A DNA stretch of 64,000 bases from Saprospiraceae bacterium. GTDB lineage: Bacteria; Bacteroidota; Bacteroidia; Chitinophagales; Saprospiraceae. The translations under genes were made by a program, and so were the position numbers. A model generated the notes under the pieces. It did no database searches and was not told the DNA's origin. It saw only the letters and a list, made by a program, of their open reading frames with translations. The stretch covers positions 32,038 through 96,037 of the forward strand of contig JADKDE010000001.1 of the NCBI GenBank assembly GCA_016718505.1, given 5' to 3'. Positions 1-9,168 of this stretch are shown here, in pieces (the first letter of the stretch is position 1; each line of letters begins with the position of its first letter).

Positions 1-2
1 AA

Positions 3-938
3 TTGACGGAATTGAACAATATTGCGAGAATTTTAAGAAAAGAAAAATTTCAAAATGGTGCTATAAATTTTGACTCCGAAGAAGTCCAATTCGAACTGGA
101 TGCCGAAGGCAGACCGATAGGTATTTTCATCAAAGAAAGAAAGGAGGCCCATCTTCTTATAGAAGATTTCATGCTGCTTGCCAATAGAGAAGTAGCGCGA
201 TTCATCGCCACCAAAGAACAGCTTGAGATCCCTATGATCTATAGAGTCCACGACCTGCCAGATCAGGATAAGTTAGAAAATCTAGCTCTTTTTGCAGGGC
301 AATTGGGGATCAAATTAGATTTTCAAAGCCCTCAAAAAATCGCCCAATCTTTGGATTATTTGATTAAAAAAGCTCAAGATGACGAAAGGCTAAAACTACT
401 AGAACCATTGGCAATAAAATGCATGGCCAAAGCAGAATACAGCTCCAATAATATTGGGCATTACGGACTCGCCTTCAAGTATTATTCGCATTTTACAAGT
501 CCTATAAGGAGATACTCCGATGTTCTGTGTCATCGTATTTTATTTGATAATTTGAAGACTACCATCAGGCACAATAAAGAAGCCTTGGAGATGCAGTGTA
601 AACACATTTCAAAGCAAGAAAGAAAAGCTATGGATGCCGAAAGACAATCCATCAAATATAAACAAGTCGAATACCTTCAAAATCACGTCGGAGAATCTTT
701 CGAAGGTTTGGTGTCTGGACTTACAGACAGGGGTATTTTCGTTGAGCTAATTGCCAATAAATGTGAAGGTTTCGTACCTTTCGAACACATGGACCAATAC
801 TACACACTTGATGCCACCAAATTAAAGGCTCAGAGCAATAAAGGCAATTCGGTGATACAAATCGGGGATGCCTGCAAAGTACAGGTCAAATCCACCAATC
901 TTACCAAAAGGCAAATTGAACTAACTTTAATCAATTAA
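3..938 (+). CDS. rnr: Ribonuclease R, C-terminal part (5' end lies outside the window)
   Basis: The ORF is open to the window edge. It carries the RNB-family motif HYGLAFKYYSHFTSPIRRYSDVLCHR, followed by an S1-like C-terminal domain (FEGLVSGLTDRGIFVEL..GDACKVQV). Confidence 0.85.
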   Translation: MTELNNIARILRKEKFQNGAINFDSEEVQFELDAEGRPIGIFIKERKEAHLLIEDFMLLANREVARFIATKEQLEIPMIYRVHDLPDQDKLENLALFAGQLGIKLDFQSPQKIAQSLDYLIKKAQDDERLKLLEPLAIKCMAKAEYSSNNIGHYGLAFKYYSHFTSPIRRYSDVLCHRILFDNLKTTIRHNKEALEMQCKHISKQERKAMDAERQSIKYKQVEYLQNHVGESFEGLVSGLTDRGIFVELIANKCEGFVPFEHMDQYYTLDATKLKAQSNKGNSVIQIGDACKVQVKSTNLTKRQIELTLIN

Positions 939-959
939 TTTTCGAAATCGACCTTGGCG

Positions 960-2186
960 ATGGCTACCAACAAACTAAAGATAATCAATGATCCAGTATA
1001 TGGATTCATTCGAATTCCATATCCCATCATCTTTGATATCATCCAACACCCCTGGTTTCAGCGACTTCGACGCATCAAACAAATGGGTCTTTCCGACCTT
1101 GTATATCCAGGAGCGACTCATACGAGGTTTCACCATGCCTTAGGTGCTATGCATCTGATGCAAACGGCGATCCATCTCCTCAAATTAAAGAATGTAGAGA
1201 TTTCAGAAGAGGAGGCCAAAGGAGCCTGTCTAGCCATCCTGCTGCATGACATTGGCCATGGTCCATTTTCACATGCGCTGGAGGAACAATTTGTCCACCT
1301 GTCTCATGAAGAAATCTCCCTTTACACGATGCAATGCTTGAATCAAGAATTCAATCAAGAATTGGATTTGGCCATCAAGATATTTACCAATCAATATCAC
1401 CGAACCTTTTTTCACCAGATGGTTTCCAGCCAGCTCGACATGGACCGCCTCGATTACTTGACCCGCGATAGTTTTTATACGGGAGTCGTAGAGGGAAGAA
1501 TTGGTTTTGACCGCATTTTACACATGATGAATGTTGTCGATGACAAATTGGTTTTTGAAGAAAAAGGAATTCATTCCATCGTAAAATTTCTATCAAGTCG
1601 GGAGCTTATGTACCGCCAAGTATATTTGCATAAGACATGTCTAAGCGCTGAAAAAATGCTGGTAAATTTTATCAAAAGGATCAAATATTTGATGGAACAA
1701 AACCCAAATGACGAAAAATTTCAGTTCGTTCGCAATTTTTTTCACCCATTTGACACCAATTCCCATACAAATTTTTCATATTTGCACTTTCATTATATGA
1801 ATTTGGACGATGTAGATGTTTGGAATTTAATTAAAACCGCATCAAGTCTGGATGATTTCGCACTTCAATCACTCACAAAAGGGTTACTGTATAGGCAATT
1901 ATACAAGTCAAAATTACAAACCAAATCATTTGATAGTGACATCATTAAAAATATCCGTCTCAATATAATGAAGACTACGGGGTTGTCAGAAGCAGATTCT
2001 GAACCTTTATTGATCAAAGGAGATGAATATTTGTCTTATTATGATTCAGTTAATCACCCAATCATTATTTTAAAAAAATCTGGTGAATTGGTAGAGCTCA
2101 GCAAATTTGATGAGTTTATTGAATCAAACTTAAATAATAATCTCTTTTTTTTGTGTTATTATCATATTTATTCACATATTAAATAA
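960..2186 (+). CDS. HD-domain metal-dependent phosphohydrolase (dNTPase/SAMHD1-like)
   Basis: Motifs HTRFHHALGAMH, LLHDIGHGPFSH and DMDRLDYLTRD are present. The ORF opens at TTG 954 and the first ATG is at 960. Confidence 0.8.
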   Translation: MATNKLKIINDPVYGFIRIPYPIIFDIIQHPWFQRLRRIKQMGLSDLVYPGATHTRFHHALGAMHLMQTAIHLLKLKNVEISEEEAKGACLAILLHDIGHGPFSHALEEQFVHLSHEEISLYTMQCLNQEFNQELDLAIKIFTNQYHRTFFHQMVSSQLDMDRLDYLTRDSFYTGVVEGRIGFDRILHMMNVVDDKLVFEEKGIHSIVKFLSSRELMYRQVYLHKTCLSAEKMLVNFIKRIKYLMEQNPNDEKFQFVRNFFHPFDTNSHTNFSYLHFHYMNLDDVDVWNLIKTASSLDDFALQSLTKGLLYRQLYKSKLQTKSFDSDIIKNIRLNIMKTTGLSEADSEPLLIKGDEYLSYYDSVNHPIIILKKSGELVELSKFDEFIESNLNNNLFFLCYYHIYSHIK

Positions 2187-2214
2187 ATTTTTTACCTAAA
2201 TCAATCATTTAACT

Positions 2215-3735
2215 ATGAAGAATCTTAATCTTTTTATCGTGATTCTATGCATCGGATTGGCTTTCACTACTCAAGCCCAAAACGATGTTCCACCCAATGG
2301 ACTACCAGGAAAATGCTACGCAAAATGCGTTATTCCTGACACTTATGAGACGTACACTGAAAAAGTATTGGTGCGTCCTGCTTCTAAAAGAGTAGAAATT
2401 ATCCCAGCAAAGTACAAAACTGTTTCTGACAGAGTAATGGCTAAAGAAGCTGGTACAAGATTGGTTGCTGTTCCTGCTAAATATGAAACAGTTTCTGATA
2501 GAGTATTAGTAAAAGAAGCTTCTAAGAGATTAGAGGTCGTTCCTGCTACTTACGAAACTACTACTGAAAGATATATGGTGAAGGAAGCTTCTAAAAGAAT
2601 TGAAGTCGTTCCTGCTACTTATGAAACTTCTACCGAAAGATATATGGTGAAGGAAGCTTCTAAAAGATTAGAAGCTGTTCCTGCTACTTATGAGACTGTA
2701 ACTGAGAGATATATCGCAAAAGAAGCTTCTAAGAGATTGGAAGTCGTTCCTGCTACTTATGAAGAAAAAGAAGAAAGATACATCGTTCGTGAGGCTTCTC
2801 AAAGAATAGACAAAGTTGCAGCTCAATACAAAACTGTATCTGAAACCATCGAGGTTTCTCCTGCTACAACTAAGTGGGAAAAAAGAAGAGGTGATGCCAA
2901 TTGCCTTTCTGCTAATCCTGATGACTGTATGGTTACTTGTTTAGTAGAAGTACCGGCTACTTACAAAACCATCACTAAACAAGAAAGAGTTGGTTGTGCT
3001 GCTGGTTATATGGACGAAGGAAACGACTGTGTAAGAAAAGTTGATGTTCCTGCTGAGTATGGTACTCGTAGAATGAAGGTTATCAAAACTCCTGCTACTA
3101 CTAGAGAAATTGAGATCCCTGCTGAATACGCAATTAGAACCATCCAAAAAATCAAAACTCCTGCTACTACTAGAGAAGTTGAGATCCCTGCTGAATACGC
3201 AACTAGAACTATTCAAAAAATCAAAACTCCTGCTACTACTAGAGAAGTTGAGATCCCTGCTGAATATGCAACTAGAACCATCCAAAAAATCAAAACTCCT
3301 GCTACTACTAGAGAAGTTGAGATCCCTGCTGAATATGCAACTAAGTCTATCCAAAAACTTAAGTCTGCCGCTTCTTCTACTTCTGAAAACGTTGGCGCTG
3401 AATACACTACTGTTACTAGAACAGTAATCGAAACTCCTGCTTCAACCAGAGAAATCGAAATCCCTGCTGAATATACTACTGTTACCAAAACTAGATTGGT
3501 GAAAAAAGGTGGTATGACAGAATGGAGAGAGGTTGTTTGTGGAACTAAAGTAACTTCTGCATTGGTTCAAAGAGTTCAAACTAGACTTAAAGTTTTAGGT
3601 TATGATCCAGGACCAATCGACAATATCCTTGGTATCCAAACCAAAACTGCTTTGATCAAGTATCAAAAAGATAAAAATTTGGCTCAAGGTCAATTAAGCA
3701 CTGAAACATTAAAATCTCTTGGAATAGAACTTTAA
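2215..3735 (+). CDS. Secreted repeat protein with a C-terminal peptidoglycan-binding (PG_binding_1-like) domain
   Basis: It has a signal peptide (MKNLNLFIVILCIGLAFTTQAQ). About 15 units of 23 aa each begin (V/I)PAxYxT. The C-terminus VQTRLKVLGYDPGPIDNILGIQTKTALIKYQKDKNL resembles PG_binding_1. Confidence 0.8.
   Translation: MKNLNLFIVILCIGLAFTTQAQNDVPPNGLPGKCYAKCVIPDTYETYTEKVLVRPASKRVEIIPAKYKTVSDRVMAKEAGTRLVAVPAKYETVSDRVLVKEASKRLEVVPATYETTTERYMVKEASKRIEVVPATYETSTERYMVKEASKRLEAVPATYETVTERYIAKEASKRLEVVPATYEEKEERYIVREASQRIDKVAAQYKTVSETIEVSPATTKWEKRRGDANCLSANPDDCMVTCLVEVPATYKTITKQERVGCAAGYMDEGNDCVRKVDVPAEYGTRRMKVIKTPATTREIEIPAEYAIRTIQKIKTPATTREVEIPAEYATRTIQKIKTPATTREVEIPAEYATRTIQKIKTPATTREVEIPAEYATKSIQKLKSAASSTSENVGAEYTTVTRTVIETPASTREIEIPAEYTTVTKTRLVKKGGMTEWREVVCGTKVTSALVQRVQTRLKVLGYDPGPIDNILGIQTKTALIKYQKDKNLAQGQLSTETLKSLGIEL
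3082..3357 (+). repeat. Tandem 69-bp coding repeat, about 4 near-identical copies (IKTPATTREVEIPAEYATRTIQK units)
   Basis: The string atcaaaactcctgctactactagaga recurs at 3082, 3151, 3220 and 3289, an exact 69-bp period. Only a few substitutions separate the copies. Confidence 0.9.
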
Positions 3736-3760
3736 TAGGTTTATCCTTTTAAAAGTAAAA

Positions 3761-3790
3761 GCCCTCAGGTATGACTTGAGGGCTTTTTTT
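3761..3790 (+). terminator. Rho-independent terminator between the convergent repeat-protein gene and dnaX
   Basis: Hairpin gccctca-ggtatgact-tgagggc is followed by T7. It lies 26 nt after the stop of 2215..3735. Confidence 0.75.
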
Positions 3791-3821
3791 ATTTTATTGA
3801 TTTTTATCAATTACTCTATCA

Positions 3822-5521
3822 TCATTGGGCATCAAAAATCTTGACCAATTCACTCACCAATGGATTGCGCTTGATCATAATCTCCAATATATCTTGTTCT
3901 GTTAGTTTTACACGCTGCGCTGGACGCTCTTCTGGTGCAGATTCCTCCACTTCGATGGCTAATTGTATGTCATTCTTATTGAATTTATTGCGCAATTCAT
4001 CCAGCCATGCCGTTTCATTTAGTATCGTTTGTCGATCCAATTGACTGCTCACCTTTATTCTAATCACCTCGCCCATCTCCACGATTTGCATTTTTTCAAA
4101 ACAAATCTTTAAGGAAGGTGAACTAATCTTTTGTATATAATTCTGGATGACTTGGTCTATATTCTCCTTGGTATAAGCCAATACATCTATAGGAGCCTTT
4201 AAATCATGCCTAACAGAACTGTAAAGATGATCCAACGAGCTATTGGGAGAAACCTTCGGCTTTTTGTTATCAGGTTTTATAGATACATCGCTTACTTGTG
4301 AAGGGGTTGCCTTTGAGGCAGTTGGAGAAGCTGTTTGAGAAGCAGATTTAGGCTCTGCTAATTGTTTTTTTTTTCACCCTCTGCTTGTGCAGAAGCAGCA
4401 TTATACATTCTCTTAAAATAAGTGAGCTTTACCAAGGCCATTTCAACATGCAAGCGCTTGTTCTTGGCATTTTTATATTGAATATCACATTGATTGATCA
4501 AATCTAGTGCTGTAACAATGAACGAAAGCGAAATTTTACCCGCCTGATCGACATATTTTTTCTTCCATACATCGGCCACTTCCAGCAATTCGACAGTCTG
4601 CGGATTTTTCACCATAAAGAGATTTCGCAGATGCTCCCCGAGTCCCAACATAAACCAGTCGCCTTCAAAGCCCTTCTCCAATATGGTATTGAACAAGACC
4701 AAAACCTCACCCGATCGCTCCTCCATCAAATGCTCGACCACATTAAAAAAATACGTGTAATCTAGGACATTCAAGGTATCGATGACCAATTGATATTCGA
4801 TCACATTATTGCCCATGCTGGCCATCTTGTCAAAAATCGACAGCGCATCTCGTAACCCTCCATCCGCCTTCTGTGCTATAACGTGCAGAGCTTGATCCTC
4901 GGCCTTGATGTCCTCTTTATCGGCTATTTTCTTCAACTGGGCCACGATATCATCCACCGAAATACGCCTAAAGTCATATATCTGACACCTCGACAGAATC
5001 GTAGGCAATATTTTGTGCTTTTCAGTGGTCGCCAAAATAAATATTGCATGATCTGGCGGCTCCTCCAATGTCTTCAAAAAAGCATTAAAAGCCGCTGAGG
5101 ACAACTGATGCACCTCATCGATGATGAATACTTTGTATTGGCCCGCTACGGGTGGGACCCTTGTTTGTTCGACCAGATTTCTGATATGATCCACCCCGTT
5201 ATTGGATGCGGCATCCAATTCTATGATATTGAACGAAGCATTTTTTTCGAAAGATTTACACGAATTGCACTCCCCACATGGCTCAGCTTCCTTGGCATTT
5301 TGCTCACAATTAATCACCTTTGCTAAGATTCGTGCACAAGTCGTTTTACCGACTCCTCTTGGCCCACAAAACAGAAAAGCATGCGCCAAATGATCCGTTT
5401 TTAAGGCATTCTTAAGCGTCAAAGAGACATGCTCCTGCCCCACAACCTCCTCGAACCGGATAGGCCTATACTTTCTCGCAGAAACTATGAAATGACTCAA
5501 TGAATGATTTATTTTACACAA
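3822..5521 (-). CDS. dnaX: DNA polymerase III subunit gamma/tau, read as two ORFs (4358..5521 and 3822..4235) joined by a -1 shift in an A10 tract
   Basis: The N-terminal ORF has Walker A GPRGVGKTT, the zinc module CGECNSCKSF, DEVHQLS and SRCQ. The -1 frame is open from the A10 tract (4365..4374) down to 3822. The start codon (TTG 5521) is uncertain. Confidence 0.85.
4365..4374 (-). other. A10 homopolymer (mRNA sense) at the dnaX gamma/tau boundary; candidate slippage or recoding site, or a base-calling error
   Basis: The mRNA reads GAA AAA AAA AAC AAT TAG. Frame 0 stops 2 codons after the tract, the +1 frame stops after 6 codons, and the -1 frame stays open for about 180 codons. Confidence 0.6.
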
Positions 5522-5600
5522 AATTACACAATCCCATCGAGAGATTTATCCCAAGACAGTAAGTTTTTTATTTTTAAGCCTTCGGGATTCATTATATTTT

Positions 5601-5670
5601 GGGCATGTCCCAGCTCTCTCCTAGTGTCGAGATCAGGGTCGTGTGTTGCGTGGGTACCGTCCTGTCTGGC
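5601..5670 (+). repeat. GC-rich dispersed intergenic repeat, copy A (degenerate)
   Basis: GGGCATGTCCC...GTCGAGATCAGGGTCGTG...GCGTGGGTACCGTC aligns by eye with copy C (GGGCGCATCCC...GACGAGATCGGGTCTGG...CCGTGGGTTCCGTC). The GC content is far above that of the surrounding AT-rich spacers. Confidence 0.55.
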
Positions 5671-5760
5671 ATCTTTGATACCAGCCACGACTCAAGTAAG
5701 TCACCATCTGCGTTGGATCATTACTTGACCACTTCACCCACTCATGCACTAGGTTTTTAG

Positions 5761-7566
5761 TTATATTTTAAGAAATTTTTTCACAGAATGTCGCCCTCCC
5801 ATTTTTGCTCTAGCTATATACATACCCGTTGGAAAATCCCTCATATCCACCTTCACATTGTTTGAAGAACCCTGCTCTGAATACAAGATATTACCAAAAA
5901 CATCCAAAATCTCAACCCGACTCGGCACAATTAGAAAATTTAAATTCAATGTTTCACTCAATGGATTGGGATACAAGCTAAAGTCCTCATTTCGTGTTCC
6001 TATTTCTGAATTGGAGACGGGTTCACTGCATGCGAAATCAAGCACTGCTTGGAGTTTAACAGTAGGTGTAGTTGCCCAAGTATCCGATATATGTCCAAAT
6101 GAACACAAATCGTCTTGCAGCCCGAGTATGTTGTGCAATTTCACACCAGCAGTGTCCCTCAAAAATTTCAGCCAGTCCCTATATATTTCGCCCATTTGCG
6201 GACTTTGGTGAAACTCACACAATGCCTGCTCGAACGGTGGATTTTGTCCCCATTGGTCCCTTGTCATATGCGGCCCACTTTCATACATCAAAAGGGGAAT
6301 ATTATTGGCTACAGCGATTCCTTTGTGATCAAGGATAAAAGGCTTTGCCCTCGCTTGAATTTCTTGTTTGGTCATATTCGCTATTTGGGCTACAGACAGC
6401 CATCCTGCTGGGTTGCTGGGCGCAAAATAAGAGGCACAACTTACGGCATCTACCTTGCCACCAATTTCCTTGACATGAGCTATGGCCTCCTGCGCTATCC
6501 ACGGATTATAATGCTGACCAGCAATCACCCGAACCACTCGATTGCTATCGCTGCCCATACCACGCATGAATTGCTTGAATGCCCGATTGGCTAAATAGGC
6601 ATATTTATGCGTAAAAGGCGCATTGGAATAGGGCGTATTATCGCGAACCCAATGGTGCTGATCGAATATATCATTCCACACTTCATTGGAATATTCTAGG
6701 TAGATTTTGGATTCTTTGCGAAGGGATCCTTTCATCAGTAGAGCCAGTTGATATACGTAGTCTTCAGTTGCCTTATGTGGGATGCACAGCCACATGTCTT
6801 TTTTGGTGAAGTTGCAAAGTTTTATCATGTGTTCCCATGCCAAGCCACCATCTCCTGTACTAGATTGGTTGAAATAATTGGGATTCTTTCGATCGACCCA
6901 AAGGGAGTCCTTGCTGTTGTTGATACCTGGCCAGTTGAGAAAACGGACACAAGAAAACGGTTTTATCTGATTAATAAATGCAGGATTGAAAGGATATGTG
7001 GCATCTGATTCGCTTGTATTTGGCAATAGGACTCGTATATTTCTCACATGATTCAATTTGTCCGATCTCAATATCTCCAAGCCTAAGCCTCCTTGATCAA
7101 ATGAGGTGTAATCCACTTCAAATTGGATGAATCCTGGTCTATTTTCAATATATCTGCGGATAAAACTTCCAATGATGTCAATTGTTCCTTCTCCATCATA
7201 AAGCACCGTATAAATGCCTTTAGGGAATGGTCCTTTGGCATCAAGAATCAGCCAAGTTCTAGTTGTTTGGCTTTCATCTTGTGATCTAAAATACTGCGGG
7301 ATACCTATTGGATATCCATTGGGGTCTTTGACCAAACTGTCGTGGTACAATGTAGAGCTCCATTCGTCAATTTCGGGCCAGTCTCTATCCAGTACATTCC
7401 ACTTGAATTGTGATTGCATCATCAAATTTGAAAAAGGAAATTCACCAGACCAATATTCATTGAAATAAGGATTAACTCCAGTCAACATGGAACAGTTGGA
7501 TTGACTTATCAACTCCGTAGAAAAGAAAATCAAGGCTGAATAGACAATAATGGCGATACGCTTCAT
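5761..7566 (-). CDS. Secreted protein with a T9SS C-terminal sorting domain; the catalytic part resembles a clan GH-A glycoside hydrolase, family unknown
   Basis: It has a signal peptide. The LEYSNEVWN segment resembles the NE acid/base motif of TIM-barrel glycosidases. The C-terminus LYPNPLSETLNLNF...GMYIARAKMGGRHSVKKFLKI is a Por_Secre_tail-type CTD. Confidence 0.6.
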   Translation of the reverse strand: MKRIAIIVYSALIFFSTELISQSNCSMLTGVNPYFNEYWSGEFPFSNLMMQSQFKWNVLDRDWPEIDEWSSTLYHDSLVKDPNGYPIGIPQYFRSQDESQTTRTWLILDAKGPFPKGIYTVLYDGEGTIDIIGSFIRRYIENRPGFIQFEVDYTSFDQGGLGLEILRSDKLNHVRNIRVLLPNTSESDATYPFNPAFINQIKPFSCVRFLNWPGINNSKDSLWVDRKNPNYFNQSSTGDGGLAWEHMIKLCNFTKKDMWLCIPHKATEDYVYQLALLMKGSLRKESKIYLEYSNEVWNDIFDQHHWVRDNTPYSNAPFTHKYAYLANRAFKQFMRGMGSDSNRVVRVIAGQHYNPWIAQEAIAHVKEIGGKVDAVSCASYFAPSNPAGWLSVAQIANMTKQEIQARAKPFILDHKGIAVANNIPLLMYESGPHMTRDQWGQNPPFEQALCEFHQSPQMGEIYRDWLKFLRDTAGVKLHNILGLQDDLCSFGHISDTWATTPTVKLQAVLDFACSEPVSNSEIGTRNEDFSLYPNPLSETLNLNFLIVPSRVEILDVFGNILYSEQGSSNNVKVDMRDFPTGMYIARAKMGGRHSVKKFLKI

Positions 7567-7641
7567 GATCTAGGTTTTTAAAGAACGAATGTATAAAAAT
7601 TAGAGTGGTTTACATTATTTTAGTATGAAAGAAAAGTAATC

Positions 7642-8804
7642 TTAATTTTTGTATTTGCTCAAAATGCCAGAAAGCTTTTCAAAATTGGCAGTACCCATAC
7701 TTGCAGGTGTACAATCTTTGCAAACAAAATAAGACCCACCAATACTTTGATTCAAAGACGTAGGCATTAAATTGTTAAAACCTGGGTTTATCACAAAATT
7801 ACCCGTCATTTCATCCCGCCAGTACGTTGGAGTGTATGTGTTCCCTCCTTCGCCTCTATTGATCTCTGATCCACTTCCGTAATCTACCGTATTGCCACCA
7901 GTTCCATATTCTATGAAGTTTCCACCGCTTTCGCCGCCTTCAGGATTTCCACCTCCTCTGTCTGGTTTTTTATCTGGTTTTTCTCCTGGTTTCTTTTCAG
8001 GCTTGTCTCCTGGTTTTTTATCGGGTTTGTTGTCCATTCCACCTGGCTTTTTGTCGGGTTTTTCTCCTGGTTTCTTTTCAGGCTTTGTCGGAGGCTTTTC
8101 ACTGCCACCACGAACAGGCGGTTTTGACTCTCCGCCAGCCGTGGCTCCACCTCCTGGTTTTTTATCGCCTTCTGAGCTTTTCCAACGCCATCGGGCTTAC
8201 CACCACCGCCATCGGGCTTACCGCCGCCGCTTTCTGGCTTTTCGCCTTCTTTTCCTTGGGCCATGCCACTACGGTTTACCATAGAACCCGGGCGATTCCC
8301 TGCCATTGACCCAGAATTTTCGGCATTACCTCGAATATCCGTATTGGGCCGCTGATTGTTGTTTTGATTTTGATTGCCCGAATTAAAAGGATCTTGGACT
8401 CCACCCGACCTAGGATTTGTACCCATACCCCTCTGATTTCCGCCTGGATTGGGTTGATAAGAACCACTAGATTGTCCTCTGTTTTGACCATTATTCATGG
8501 TGTTCCCTCTTTGGCCACCTCTATTTGCACCGCCTTCGAAAGCTGTTCTAGGCATAGCATTCATCAATCCTTGGACATTATTGAGTCCTTGTAACCCGCC
8601 CATCTCTTTGCGAACATTTCCATTTTTACCTCTGATATCTGATTTGAAACTGTAAGCATTAGTAGGCACGCTGGCCATAAGATTTTTAACTTCTGCGTGG
8701 TCGGCTTCTGACATGGGCTTGTCTATCTTCACACTAATTTGGCCGGAGATGGCTTGTGTAAAAAGTCCAACATAAGCAGCCAAATAAAAAATTAGTTTTT
8801 TCAT
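7642..8804 (-). pseudogene. Secreted low-complexity (G/N/Q-rich, then KPEKKPG-repeat) protein, interrupted by one frameshift
   Basis: ORF 7911..8804 has a signal peptide and an N/Q/G-rich region. ORF 7642..8037 is the C-terminal domain in another frame. Adding one A to the A6 run (plus-strand T6 at 8158..8163) gives ...GKAQKAIKKPGGGATAGGESKPP... and joins the two ORFs. Confidence 0.6.
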
Positions 8805-9168
8805 TTTTTGGAATTTAAATTTTTAATAAAAAAGGTTTAGATTCGAAATCAGAATTTAGCCATACAACACCTTCATACTGTCTGCTTTCATCTTTGGTGT
8901 ATCTTTCGATGGGGAATTGATAAAAAATGCCGCATGGCTAATTCTGATATTTTTAAAATCTTTAATTCTAGCATCCTTTCACAGATGGTAATAATAATCA
9001 GGGTTCTAGTGTGAATCCAGCAATATCCTTCTGATAATAGCACATCGGAAAATATTGCTTTGTGTTTTTTCCAAGAATCGACAAAATCTTAATCTTATGG
9101 AAAACTGATCTTCTATAATCCTTAGGATCTAATCCAGAAGGAAGTAAATTTTCATGGTGTGTTTTTTT

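Noticed and set aside
2941-3488. ORFs 2941..3354(-), 3110..3427(+) and 3213..3488(-) lie inside the repeat-protein gene.
   Set aside because: They are alternative-frame and antisense readings of the 69-bp tandem repeat. Their periodic low-complexity translations are an artefact of the repeat, and the frame with the signal peptide and PG-binding domain is the real one.
5522-5760. A GC-rich, apparently structured segment lies directly upstream of dnaX. I considered SRP (4.5S/ffs) RNA because ffs lies upstream of dnaX in Bacillus.
   Set aside because: Neither strand has the conserved domain IV signature (GNRA-capped helix with GGAAGCAGCC-type strand). The segment instead aligns with the other copies of the GC-rich dispersed repeat, so it is reported as repeat copy A.
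7892-8594. Plus-strand ORFs 7892..8284, 8085..8309 and 8364..8594, which are P/G/S-rich.
   Set aside because: They are antisense to the low-complexity secreted-protein gene. They stay open only because of compositional bias.
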